Shown: positions 48,713 to 62,083, counted from the stretch's first letter. The stretch: DNA of 64,000 nucleotides from Callorhinchus milii (GCF_018977255.1 NW_024704742.1:44766001-44830000); one strand, 5' to 3'. The notes: a model not told the origin generated them from the letters alone. Numbers and translations are program-made.

Positions 48713-51466
48713 GACTTTTGTGCTGATTCGAAAACCTGAAGTGCCTCTGCCAATGTAAACTTAATTCACCAAATGCAGGAATAACAGATAATTTGTTCAA
48801 AATAAACACAAACTCTCTTTAACCTTAGTATTAATTTAGTTATTTCATTGTTACGCAATAATTCTTGCATTCAATATAGTGCCTATAACATCAAGCACTT
48901 CACAAGTAATTGCAATTATGTGTAGTGACTGTCTTTTTATTAAGAAAATGCAGCAGACAGTTTGCATAAAATAAGGTCAAGTGATTGACTACTATTTGTG
49001 ACTAAGCTAAAATTACCAGAGGATTCTGAAGTTGCAACTTGCAATATATAACTTACTCCCCAGTTTTGGATGGAGTAGAGCGTGTTGTTGAAGCCAAACC
49101 AGCATGTTTAATAAAACATATGGCAATTTGGTAAATGAGGTAATGTACGTGTTGCATAAAATATGTCACTTGTACATTGCAGGGTCATTCAATGTTCCAT
49201 AAGTTCCAAATCAGCACATGACGCATCAAAACCATTTCTTATATTAGCCGCAGATTTGGCCTAGTTACAATTCTTGAGCTTGTGGAGGTCACAGAGAGAA
49301 AACTAAATCTATCTGTATCCTGATCTTCAAACTACTTCACAATCTTATCCACCCTTCCTTACAATCTTCTTCAGCTCTATTCTCCTGCCATTGGCCTTCC
49401 ACTCCTCCGAGATTGATTCACTCCTCAGTCCTCACTCTCTCTATCCCACTATCTGTGGCTGATCATTCAGCTGAATATAGAAGAGAATATGGAATCTCTT
49501 TATTCTAGCTTTCTTGACCCTAACCTAACCCTATCTAATATTATTGGCTCCAAAACCCTCTTCAAAATGTGTTTATTTGGCTATGCCTCAAGCTCCCCTC
49601 TTTCTTTCCTGTTTGGTGATTTACATTGTCTTTGTGAAATGCTTCAAGACATTCACCATACATGAAAGGCACTATATTAGTGCACAATGTTGTTGAATTC
49701 CTAAAATTAAAAGGTCCCAGGTTTGCATAGTGGCGTTTTTGTCTGAGTACCTGGGTTGATTTTACAAACTCCCACAGTTGTGGCATGTCACTCCATACTC
49801 TGCTCCTTGCCATTTTTTAGTTGCTGTGTGCTAGGCTGGCATCTGTCTAAATTATACTCATTGAGGCAGATTTACACCATCAATAACCATATGTCTTACC
49901 CGGTTGACTGTGAATAATAATAATACAATTCAACCCTGTCCGACAATGTGAGTTAGGTAAATTGGGATTTCTCAAACTGCTTCAAACACAATATCACATT
50001 TACAAATAAAACCATTGTCGTGTAGTGAGAGAGGAAATTATCAAAAAGATATCAGTATACAAAAGACATAAGTTAAAATTAAAAAGTCATTCAAATTGGT
50101 TGCTGCACATGCACACTAACACATTTGTGGAGTTACTAACCAGGGAAGCCCATTGAAACAGACATTATTGTTAGATTTTGTGATAGCTAGATATGTTTTT
50201 GATGAGAGATTGAGGGACATGATTCGAAGACAGGTTAATGGGTTTGAGATCAATGAGGGGGGTGGCAGAAATGTTGAACCTAATGGCCTCTTCCTAAAAT
50301 GACTTGCGTGTAAGGGGTCAGCTGTTCTGATGAGGTAATGAAATGATTAATATGTATGTTTAGTACTCAGTGTATGATAAACTCCTAATTGTAAGGGCTG
50401 GAAGAGGCTTGTTTCACAAACACTCTGGCAGTAACTGTATTCAATCCTTGGTAAGATAAGTAAAGAGCATACACCAGTTTCATTGGCTTACTAATGGTGC
50501 ATATGCATCTATAGTCTCTAGCGATTCCTGGTGTCTCCAGTGATTACTGGTGAGCTAATTAATCTGGGAAAGTGATAAATCTGAATGTTTCTGGTGATGT
50601 AGTGGAAAGGGATGTGTCCTTATTCCCTGCTGTCCTAGTTAGTGGATTATGTTTGTGTTACCGGATAGTTTGTGAGATTTAAGTATTTGATTTCATAAAC
50701 ATCAGGCTCCGAGACTGCTGAAATCTGAAATATAACAACTGCTGTCCTGAGCAGTTTTTTCATTATTTAGTTTCTGATTAATTGCCACAGTATGTTTCTG
50801 GTTAGTCATGTAAATCATTGTGTGACTGTGCTTGTCAATCGGCAGAACTTTCATTTCTTATGGGGATTGCCAAGGATGGCTAAATTCTTGACTTGATTGC
50901 TTTCACAGTGACTTACTGATGTTTGCTGCTCACAGATGTTTATTTTCATGAGCTGCTTTTGAATATAACAGTATTTGGCATAGCTGTATTATTTCAGCAG
51001 TAGTTTTCACACTCTCTGCTACAATGATTAAGGGCACTCTGTCCAGGGTCAGTACATTTACCAAACAGTGGAGAATCAAAAGTACTCATCTGTGATTCGT
51101 AGATATTCTGGCCAGTAGAGGGTCAATTTCACTGATTTAAAAATAAAGAGAATTGAATTGTTCAGTTTGCAGAGAAAAAGGCGATGCATGGTGCTACTCG
51201 GCTGCTTTTCAGTACAAATAAATCTAATCACTACTCTATGCTGCATTGCAAATACAAAGATCATTATTGCTCAATTTGATAGTGCTGAAATGCTCGCCAC
51301 AGAATCTGCTTCCTTCAGTAAAAGGATGAGGTGTCCAATTGCAATTTGAAAGGTTTCCCCTTACCTCTGGTAGTGAGCCATTTGTCTAATACAATGGCTT
51401 ACGACCAGAGCAGAACATTGTTGTGTGCGATGCCATGTTGGTTTGGCATGTTTGCCTACAAACACA

Positions 51467-51777
51467 TAATAATAATAATATTAATCCTTGCATTTTGATA
51501 TAGCGCTTTTCACGTCTTCTAGATGTCTCAAAGCGCTTCACAGAATAGACTGTAAAATAAAATCACTGTATATTTGTGGGCGAAATGCAGCAGCCAATTG
51601 CACACAGCAGTGTCCCATAAACAGTCGTAGATTGAAATTACTAATTTATTATTGTTTTTATTCTTGAGGGATTATTATTAGGCGTGTGGAGTAAGGAAAC
51701 TTGCCCAAGGTTTCACCCTGCCGGAATCGAACCCAGGTCTCTCGCTTGCAAAGCGAGTGCTCTAACCCCTGAGACTC
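51467..51777 (-). mobile_element. tRNA-Ala-like SINE, short form
   Basis: Reverse complement of head ('ggaatcgaacccaggtctctcgcttgcaaagcgagtgctctaac') and tail. Confidence 0.9.
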
Positions 51778-51879
51778 TATCACTTCACCATACAGTAAAT
51801 ACTGTGAAGCTCTGTGGGACGTGCTCCCAACATGAAATATGCTATACCAAATGCAAGGATTATTATAACATAATAATGT

Positions 51880-52200
51880 TAATGATAATAATCCTTGCAA
51901 TTGACAGAGCACCCATAATTTTGGGAACGCCTCAAAATGCTTTATAAAGTTTCTGTAAAGTACAATGATTATACTTGTGACAGGGCAGCCAATTTTCACA
52001 CTGCAATGCCCCACCATCTGCCATTAAGTGATTGATCAACTTTTTATCTGGGCAGAACATTAGGAGATCCTTAACACCCATCTGAACTTAAGACAGATAG
52101 GAACTTGGATTTAATGTTTCATATGAAAGCCAATCAAGTGCAGATACTTCTCAGTAATCTTAAGTTTTCAGCTATAGCACTCCAGTGCCATCTCCCATCA
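51880..52200 (-). mobile_element. Decayed Deu-SINE, tail-to-tail with a + strand SINE tail (51780-51870)
   Basis: 'ataataatccttgcaattgacagagcac', 'gatccttaacacccatctgaac...tttaatgtttcat'. Confidence 0.65.
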
Positions 52201-55200
52201 CTATGGTAGTGAACTTTGATACTGTAATTATGAGAAACCATCATTTTTGTAGAGGCTAAGCCGGTAGACTTTAAGCCCTCTGAGGACATCCAGAGACTGA
52301 GGATTCAGTTCCCTTCTACCTTAATTAAGAGATAGTAGAGTATGTTGTTCTATCTTTCAGCAGCAGGTCTTTCTAACCTGCAGGCTGTGAGCTCCAGGTG
52401 TAGACTCTTTGAAAGCTTCTTAGCATCAAAGCTATTTGATTCAAATTGCCCTGTTTATTTTATGCAAAGTGGAGGCCGGTAAAATAGACTTGATTAATGT
52501 GCATTGCTGAGATTTCTTTCAGGTTGCATATGTAACTGATGGATATGGCCTGAATGTAACCAATAATAATTTGGATTTGTGTGTGTAAATAAGCTATTTT
52601 TTTATTCAAAGTGTCCAGCTCTCCAGAACTAAATAACAAATAGGGAGTCATGGCCCGTTTTAGAGAGTTAGAATAAAGTACCCTGTTCCATTGAACCTAA
52701 GTTATGAATGCTAAATGCAGATAATAGATGCCCAAAGTGTAAAAGCAACATTCTTCATTTCAATGAACACACAATTTTACCCAAATGTGTTTAATAGTAA
52801 TGTAGCTATATACATAATTATGCCTGAGGATCTAGAATTCATATTTATTGCAAATAATAATTTTTTAAACCAATCTTTGGGATATTTATGGTTATTGTGT
52901 TGATTTTGAAGCAAATGCATTGTAAGATTCACAAAGTGAGGCTATTTGTGAGAATGTAATGTAAAATATTCATCAGAGCATTTCAGTATAATCGAACAAA
53001 CATGCCTGGTGGTTCTGTAGGGCCATAGACACAGCCATACCGTGCCACTTCTTGTTTTATTTTCTGTCTTGACATGTCAACACATGATAAAAAGCTAGAG
53101 ATTTACTTCAATCTACGATGTTACCAAACCTTTTCCCCACATAAAACAAGTAAAGCAAACCCTTTTTTGTATAGCAACCAGCTTTATTTCAGTATCTCTT
53201 CATATTCAGTCTATTAGTTTCACCCCATCGATAACACTCTCTGTAAGATGCTCTGCTGAATAATAACATTGCCATCAATAATCTGGTTCACACTCATATC
53301 AATATCAATCTGTACAGAAGGAGTTTAATAGTCACAATCCTAATGTCACATCAAAGTACGCGTGTAATAAAATATGTCAATAACGCAACATTCATATTCG
53401 GAAGTGCTTTTTTTACTCTGAAAAAGTGTTCCCATATATTTTCTTCATCCTTGTCTTCTTTATTCAGAACTGTTTCTTCCATCTCCATAATATATACTTA
53501 CTACACAAAAATCAATACAGAATTTAAGAGGGGAACTCCAGATGCAGCATCCCATTAATTCGTATGTTTTGATAGCAAGACCACTGTTTTGTCAGCTCAG
53601 GCCTATTGATTGGAAACAAATTTGATTTTGTTCAGTAACTTCTCATTAGCAGGAAGAGCATTTACATTTACTGATGGTCTTTTAAGAAATGTCTTGGTGA
53701 GCTAAGTGATAAATGCCACAGCAGTTATGGTCACAGTGTATGAGAGAAACAATGTTGTGCTGAACCTGCAAAAACATTTTAGTACATGAAAACTACATTG
53801 TGCACAATAAATCAATTCATCCTAGGTCATGAGAATGCTTGAGATCCCACATTCTTCCGTGAGCCCTTTTGGGACCACTTGTGCATTCAATAAAAAATTG
53901 GTAGATTGGAGTACAAGCGACCTTATGCTTGCTTTAGGCCTCAGATGATGAAGCAGAGATTTAATAAAAACTGTGTTGACATCTATTGATCAGAAGAACT
54001 GGTAGATATACATGTATTAGGCACTAGATTCCTAATTCAGATAAAGAGGAGTCTAAGACGAGCACATAATATTCCAAGTGTTGCATTACAAACTTGGGAA
54101 ATTATTTGTAATACAATACGTAACATTATACTAAGGTAATTTTTCTTCCCTTTTCATTAATAGCCAATTAGACTAAGAGTCCTCAAAACTGCAAATCCCC
54201 AAGGTTCCCTCAGTCACAAGGTCATATGTGAGCTTTTTAGTTCACGTTAGTTCATTTCCAGCTACTATGCATTAGCCTACAAAATACACAGTCATTACCG
54301 TTTATAGTATATCCTGTGAATCACTCTGAGACATCCTGCTGACGTGAAAGGCGCTGTATCAAATGTAACAATTATTATAATATTACTGTAATGGGTTTAG
54401 GAAGGATTTTCACATGAAAAATATATTTAGGCCATTTATTAAACTATCTGTTCTTCTTTCATGAGTCATTAACCAAGGTCTGCCTGTTCAGGTTGACATG
54501 AAGCATCCCATTCACATTATAATAGTAATGATCCTTGCATTTGATATGGCCTCATCACATCATTGAGGCATCTCAAAGCGCTTCACAAGGTTTACTATAA
54601 AGTGGTTTGACTATGCATTTTGTAGGTGAACATGGCAGCCAATTTGCACACAGCAATGACCCACAAACAGTCATGTGCGAATACATGTTGTATTTGGATA
54701 CAAAATCGGTCACTTACACTTGATAGTAATTGCTTGTGATGTGCTTTGAAATGTATGAATGTTCTTTCTTTCTATCTATCTAATAAAATAAGCTATCACG
54801 TGAAAAGTGCACTTATATCTAAACTCTGTTATGTTGAGAACTAATTTCTCGTTGTTTCACAGTTATTTCCAGGCAGCTAGACACACAAAAAAGATACATT
54901 ATTGAGTAAAACCTCAAAAATGAGACACTGTAGAATTAATCTGAATTAACCTATCAAAATGACTGAAAAAAAACTAAAAATGAAAATAGTGATCTAGAAA
55001 ATACCAGTTTGTCTTAGTGAGACCAACCTATAGTACAGTATTTTCCTTTGTTTCCTTTCACTGTCTAATTCCTGCTGCAATCCTGTCAAATAGCTTCATG
55101 GCTGCAACCATTATTTACCATCTTTCTATCAGATTGCTGAATGCACTGCTCCCTACCTGAAATAAGTGATCAATGTTAAACATATAAAAATTATCAGCTT

Positions 55201-55489
55201 CTCTTTGAACAGCCATCAGTGTGACCTGCAGATCTAGTAAACGAAATGGCTGCAAGCAATCTCTACAGCATAATCAATACCTGCTCAAAATGGAAAACAT
55301 CCAGATACCTGGAAGTAAGATTTTGAAGAAGCTTTGTACATTGAGAAACAAAGATATTTTGGTGAAGGAATTCTCCTTTGAAAAGTAAAATAAAACAAAT
55401 CAGTAAAATATATTGGGCTTACTACTTCGGCTCTTTAGTCAATGATACTGTAATGTTTGACCATAATAAAAATAATTTGTCAATTGATG

Positions 55490-55715
55490 CATAGCAATTT
55501 CCCACAAACAATCGTGAAATGACTGACCACTTTTATCTGTGGGGATTGTTCGTGAGGACACCAGGAGAAATCCCCTCTCTTTTCGCATAGTGACGTGGGT
55601 TTTTCAATGTCCACCTGAACAGGCAAATGCAGCCTTGTTTTAATAACTCATCCAAAAATTGCACCTCCAAAAATAAGTCCTCCCAGCATTGCAGTTGAGT
55701 GTCAGTCTAGACAAT
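55490..55715 (-). mobile_element. Deu-SINE fragment
   Basis: 'aggacaccaggagaaatcccctctcttttc...gtccacctgaacaggca...gcattgcagttgagtgtcagtctagac'. Confidence 0.75.
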
Positions 55716-56474
55716 GAGAGTATGACAATTAGTGTAATTCCCAGTACAATGAGAAATGTACTGACCTTGGTAGAATAAGTTCGGGGAAAAATGTTCCAAG
55801 TTTGATAAATTTACCAAACAATCAGCTGCAATAAAATTGGTGGATGCCAATGTGGGTAAATTTACAATCAAAATAAAATAACCTCTGATTTCCATAAAAC
55901 TAACAGAATAATTTGTTGAAAGTCAGGCAAATTGTACAAATTATAGTTGACCAAATGTTCATATGATGCCTTCCAGAAAGATCAAACCATCAAAAAAAAA
56001 TCAAAATATAGCGCCCTTCATGTTGGGAGGAAACCACAAAGTGCTTCACAGGATTTACTGTAAAGTACAGTGACTGTGTTTTGTGGGTGAAATATGGCAG
56101 CAAAGTTGTGCACTACAGTAATGGCTGTATTTAAATATATTGAAGGTTAGTAAACTGTTAAAAGCTAAAGCCTCTGAGGAATCAATTCCATTTGTGTTTG
56201 TGAATATCTACATACATCTTTAATGAAGATCTAACCACTGTGCAAGTTTGGTGAGAGAATGCAATCTTCTGCAGTAATTAGCTTGAATGAGGATTCCTGT
56301 TGGGTATTGGTTTATTCATTGGCAGAAGGCACTGACAAATGTGTGTCAACACATGGACCATCCAATCCTAGTGATCTGTGCTGCGGTGCTCAGAGGAGCT
56401 GATGTCATGCTCCACATTGGAGAGCTATCAGAAACCACTGAAAATAAAGGGAATCATAGTTGAAATAATCCGGC

Positions 56475-56489
56475 GTGATGTCACTTCCG
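56475..56489. promoter_or_regulatory. ETS-CRE-like composite motif at the putative L2 5' end
   Basis: gtgatgtcacttccg; its reverse complement CGGAAGTGACATCAC differs by one base from CGGAAGTGACGTCAC. Confidence 0.4.
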
Positions 56490-56660
56490 TCCGCCACGTT
56501 TGAATCCCTGGTAGCAGCTACAGTATAGTTTATACCAGAGTGTTTCCCTTCCATCTTTTGTCTGTCTCCCTCCCCTGTCCTTCCCCTGCAGGCTGCTCAT
56601 TGCTAACCACAATGAGAACCCTCCCCCACTCTGCGCCACCTCTAGCCCCCACAGCCTCCT

Positions 56661-57256
56661 GCAACAACAACAACAACAAGATTCCATTTATAGAGCGCCT
56701 TTCACGTCAGGAGGACGTCCCAAGGCGCTGCACAGTTGGGTCATGACCCGAGCAGGGGGGAAATGGTCAGGGTGAGGGGAGGGAAGGGAGGGAGAGAGGA
56801 GGGGGAAATGGTCAGGGTGAGGGGAGGGAAGGGAGGGAGCGAGGAGGAGGAAGAGAGTCGAGAGGGGAGCTGAAGGCACGGTCAAAGAGAAAGGTTTTGA
56901 GACCGGCCTTGAAGGAGGAAAGGGAGGAAGCAAGGCGAAGGCACTGGGGGATGGAGTTCCAGAGCCTCGGGGCTGAGAGGCTGAAGGCCCGACCACCGAT
57001 AGTAGGGCGGTTGGGGCGGGGGACGTGGAGCAGACCGGAGCCAGAGGAACGGAGGGTACGGGCAGGTAGGTAGGGGGATAGTAGGTTGGAGAGGTAGGAG
57101 GGAGCAAGGCCGTGAATGGCCTTGTAGGTGAGGATGAGGATCTTGAAATCAATCCTCTGGGGGATGGGGAGCCAGTGGAGGCGAGCGAGGGTAGGAGTGA
57201 TGTGGTCCCGAAGCCTGGTGCGGGACAGTACACGAGCTGCAGAGTTCTGAATGCAG
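56661..57256 (-). mobile_element. Young 5'-truncated L2 inserted antisense into the long L2
   Basis: Uninterrupted frame CIQNSAARVLSRT...LHWLPIPQRIDFKILIL...FKAGLKTFLFDRAF; (CAA)n on the + strand at 56661. Confidence 0.95.
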
Positions 57257-60200
57257 GCTGACGATGTGCCACTAAGCTCATTGCCTCCCATCCCTCCCTC
57301 AAAATGCGCCCCTCCCTGAAACTCTCCCGCTCAGTCCTGCATTCTCTCCGCCCTCCGCGCCTCCTATCTCTGCTTGAGCCCCCCACTGCTTCCCTCTGCT
57401 CCAGCCTGGGAATCCTCCCTCATCACAGCAGCAGCCACACTGACTGCTCCATTCCCCACTAACCCCGCAAGCCAACCCGGACCCAGACTCCGGGAGTTAA
57501 CCTCTCCTCCCTCATCCCCAACTTCCCTCCAACCAATCCACTACCCCTCCCATCCCACACATCCCCTGTCCACTGTCCACTCTGCATTAGCCTTCAAAAC
57601 ATCCGCTCCATCTGCAATAAGACCCTGGCCGTCAATGAACTCATCTTCGATGAGAACGTTGATATTATGGCCTTCACGGAAACCTGGATCATCCCAGGTG
57701 ACACCTTTCCCCTCACTGAGGCCACACCACCCGGCTATACCTACCATCATGCCCCACGCCCCAACCGCCATGACGGTGGTGTGGCCCTCATCTCCAGGGC
57801 GTCACTTGCCCTATCCGCTGGCTCATTCCCCTCTTTTGAACACCTTACCCTCTGCCATCCCTCCCATCACTCACTAAAAATTCTCCTAATTTACCGCCCC
57901 CCAAAATCCTCCCCCATCTTCATTCTGAAATTTCCACCCTTCTAGCTTCCCTCTGCCTCTGCTCCGACCGTCTCATCATCCTAGGCGACTTCAACCTCCA
58001 CTTCACCCCCTCTTGCTCCACCTCCTCAGACTTCTCCTCTCTCCTCTCTTCTCTCAACCTTTCCCTCCACATCCACTCTGCTACTCATGTTCACGGCCAC
58101 CTGCTCGACCTGGTGATCACCCGGGGCCTCAGCGTCTCGGATGTCACCATCACCGAAAATGCCATCTCTGACCACCATTTCATCTCTCTCAACTCCTATA
58201 GCCCTCTCCCCACTGCCTCCAAACCTACCACCATCTTCTACCGCACATGGAAGAAGATCTCCCTGCAATCATTCTCTACTGTCCTGGAGTCCTCTGAACG
58301 CCTCCCCCTCTGGCCCACCTCCCGCACCAACCCATTCTCTGCATTTACTCTTCTCCACAGCACCACACAGCACAGCTCGCCACCACACTCGACGCCCTTG
58401 CTCCCCTCACCTCTTGAATTGCCTCCTATTCCCGATCCTCACCCTGGTTCACCAGCCACCTCCACTCGCTCAAGAGCGGGGTGCGGGCTGACGAACGCAT
58501 TTGGCTCAAATTTGGCCTAACGTTCCATCAGTACATCTGACTGGACCACATCAAAACCTACCACTCTGCTCTCGCCTCGGCCAAATCGTCCTTCTAATCC
58601 AGGTTAATCCTGGAAGCGAAGAGCAACCCGAGGCTCCTGTTCTCCACCACCAACCGGCTCCTCTGCCCTCCTCACCATGCCTCACAGATTCTTTCCTCCG
58701 ACTCCCACTGTGAAGAAATGCTGTACTTCCTCGAGTTCAAAATCGAGGGAATCTGCTCAACTGCCACTGCCCTCCCAACTTCTACCCCATTCCTATCCCC
58801 CCACCTCCATACTCCGACCATTACCCATCCCTTCTTCCACACCTTTGAACCTGTCACCTCCTCCTCTGTCATCACCACCATAGCCTCCATGAAGCTCACC
58901 ACCTACTCCCTGTACTCCATCCCCATGCCTCTCCTTAAATCCCAGCTCTACCTCCTTGCCCTACTGCTCGCCGGCATCACCAACCTCTCCTTGTTATCTG
59001 GCACTGTTCCTACCCCGCTCAAAACAGCCACTATCACCCCAACCTTGAAGAAACCTTCCCTTGACCCATCACAGCTATCCAGCTACCGGCCCATATCCCA
59101 CCTCCCTTCTCTGGCTAAGGTCCTTGAGAGAGCCGTCGCCTCCCAGCTTCACTCTTTCCTCTCCTCCCACTCCCTCCATGAGCCCCTTCAATCGAGTTTC
59201 CATGCTGCCCACAGGATGGAAACTGCTCTGATCAAGGTCACAAATGACATCCTGACCATTTGTGACAAGGGCTCCCTCTGCCTCCTCGTCCTCCTCAACC
59301 TCTCTGCCGCTTTTGACACCGTGGACCACTCAATCCTCCTTCACCACCTCTCCTCCCACCTCAGTCTTCAAGGTTCTGTCCTTGACTGGTTCAGGTCCTA
59401 CCTTTCACACCACCTCCACATTGTCTCTGCAAACGGCTTCTCCTCCAGCCCCCACACCGTCTCGTGCGGTGTACCTCAGGGCTCTATCCTCGGTACCCTC
59501 CTCTTCACCCTCTATATGCTCCCCCTTAGTGACATCATCCACAGAGATGGGGTAAATTTCCACATGAATGCGGATGACACCCAATTCTATCTCTCTGACT
59601 CCATCCTCAACTCCAAGAATACTGGCGTCCTGACCTACTGCCTGTCCGACATCAAGTCCTGAACGAGGGACAACTTTCTCCAACTGAACGTCAGCAAGAC
59701 CGAGGCCCTCCTGATTGGCTCATGCCAGCGCTGCCGCACCTCGGGGGCTGGCAGCATCAGCCTCCATGGCTACACAGTCAAACTCACTAAGCCAGTCAGG
59801 AACTGTCAGGAATTGTTTGACCCTGAACTGTTCTTTTTTCCCCCACATCCGCCCCTTGACCGGCACTGCCTACCACCACCTCCGCAGCATTGCCAGACTC
59901 CGCCACTGCCTTATTCCTCAGGCTGTCGAAACCCTTACCCACTCGTTCGTCACTTCAAGGCTCGGTTATAGAAACTCCCTCCTCATCGGCCTTCCCAACT
60001 CTTCCCTTCGCAAGCTGCAGATCATCCAAAACTCTGCAGCTTGTGTACTCTAGCGCACCAAGCTCCGTGACCCTATCATTCCCACTTTCGCCCGACTCTA
60101 CTGGCTCCCCATCCCCCAGAGGATTGATTTCAAGATCCTTGTCCTCACTTTCAAGGCCATCCATGGCCTCACCCCCTCCTACCTCTCTGACCTGCTGACT

Positions 60201-61850
60201 CCCTACCAACCTGCCCGCTCCCTCCGTTCAGCGCGCTCCGGCCTGCTCCATGTCTCCCGCCCGACCCGCCCTTACATTGGTGGTTGGGCTTTCAGCCTCT
60301 CTGCCCCCACAATCTGGAACTCCATCCCACAGTCCCTTCACCTCGCTTCCTCCCTTGCCTCCTTCAAGGCTGGTCTCATGACCCTCCTCTTCGATCGTGC
60401 CTTCAGTCTCCCTCCCACCTCTGCCTTCCCTCACCTCTACCCCACCCCTCCTCCATGCTCGGGTCCTGACCCCTGACTATCCAGCACCTTGGGATGTCCT
60501 CCCGACATGAAAGGCGCTCTATAAATGTAACTTTGTTATTGTATTGTTGTTGAAATGTCACATAATGTGTTAAAGAAAGTGGCATTACCATATGTTTCTC
60601 ATGACTCACTGAATTAAACAGGGAAACAACTTTCATTTTAAATAGGATTTTTTTTGACAAATGTAACAGTTTGAGAGAAATATATAATAATAATAATAAT
60701 AATCCTTGCATTTGATATAGTCTATTAGATATTAACCCTCTTTAATTATTAGACATAATTCAGATTTTATAGATATATCATACAATGAAACTCTTCTATG
60801 TTACAGTTAAATCTATCCATTGGATATTGAAATATCAAATTTCATTGTAAAAAGGTATATTTAGCTAAAGGCAGCAGAAAATAATCAGCTGTAAATTCTA
60901 ATCTTGATTGCTATCCTGGGAGCCCTACTGGAAAATGTGCAGATATGGATGGGAATTGGGTAGTAATGGGTCAGATTTGTTTCTGATTCCACCTATGGTT
61001 TACTTCACACATGCTTGTCAGAGGTTGCCCTTAGTACTGCATTGGACATTATTTGAAAAGAGCTGGAGAAAGACATAAGGAAGTTATAGATATTTAAAAC
61101 CATTAACTGAGTACAGAAAGGGTCAGTTGTACAGTTATTAACAGCTTGTGAAAAGGAGATTACCAAGCTTTACATCATACCTTACTATCCAGAGGTAAGC
61201 TCAAAGAGAAATCAAATATGCCAGTATAAAGGCAATTATGAAAGTAAGTTAAGCCAGTGACTGAGACATCAGCAATAAGTCGGGACAAATATTTGGTCCA
61301 TGTAATATTTATCACATTGAATGGGCCAGGGATGGCTGGAATTAGACCAACCTGCAAGATCTGTAATAGGCTCAGCTCCTCACATTTATCATTCAGACTG
61401 CAATCAGGGTGGAGGGGACATAGTGAATGTTATTGTTTACATCCATGGTACCTACAGGGTCGGAAAGGGTCAGTTGAGATTGGCAAATTACGTAAATTAG
61501 ATTTAAGTGATCCAAAATTTCATCCATCTTTAGCCTGTAAGATCATTCTTATCTTAAAATTTAAGTTTGTTCAGATTTGTGAAAAATTCTTAAATTAAGT
61601 AGTAATTTTATACGATCAAAGGCATCCTGTTTGCCTTGTTTATTGGGGCTCACACTGCTTTGATATGGTAAGCAGCAATGGTGCACTGGATCCCCGAAAG
61701 GGCTCAGGATTTCCATGGAGAAAAGGGAAGGGGTACTGATCCCAAAAAGCATAAAGTAATGCACAAAAGTACAACCTGGCCCTCCCTTATCGGCGTCATC
61801 CAGGATGAAGGCGAATGGCCAGGCGGATGCCAGTGGATTGCTAGCGAGCC

Positions 61851-62045
61851 TAATAATAATCCCTCCAAAACCAAAAACAATAATAAATTGGTCATTTTCA
61901 ATCTACGACTGTTTGTGGGACATTGCTGTGCGCAATTGGCTGCCGCGTTCGCCCACAAATATGCAGTCAATTCACTTTACAGTGTCTTCTGTGAAGCGCT
62001 TTGGGACGTCCTCCCGACGTGAAAAGCGCTATATCAAATGCAAGG

Positions 62046-62082
<37 letters not shown>
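61851..62082 (+). mobile_element. tRNA-SINE short form, 5' truncated, with long (ATT)n tail
   Basis: Near-identical to 34440-34652. Confidence 0.92.

Positions 62083-62083
<1 letters not shown>

Larger units (their letters stand above)
56475..60550 (+). mobile_element. Near full-length L2 LINE (APE endonuclease + RT), inactivated by frameshifts, stops and a nested insertion
   Basis: APE motifs LQNIRSICNK...FTETW (about 57583-57690), GDFN (about 57985), LDLVITRG, SDHH; RT motifs YRPISHLP, ETALIKVTND, AFDTVDH, GVPQGSILG, NADDT (mutated YADD); L2 3' stem-loop and (GTT)n-like tail; 5' boundary approximate. Confidence 0.93.

Noticed and set aside
50320..50365. Minimal hammerhead ribozyme core (ctgatga-g-gtaa-t-gaaa)
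   Set aside because: No convincing stem I or stem III, and no NUH cleavage triplet in register
51109..51126. CTCF-like site tggccagtagagggtca
   Set aside because: Mismatch at the conserved GGC core; not supportable without data
58718..59662. Functional reverse transcriptase gene (314-aa ORF)
   Set aside because: Fragment of an L2 ORF with flanking stops and frameshifts and YADD changed to NADD
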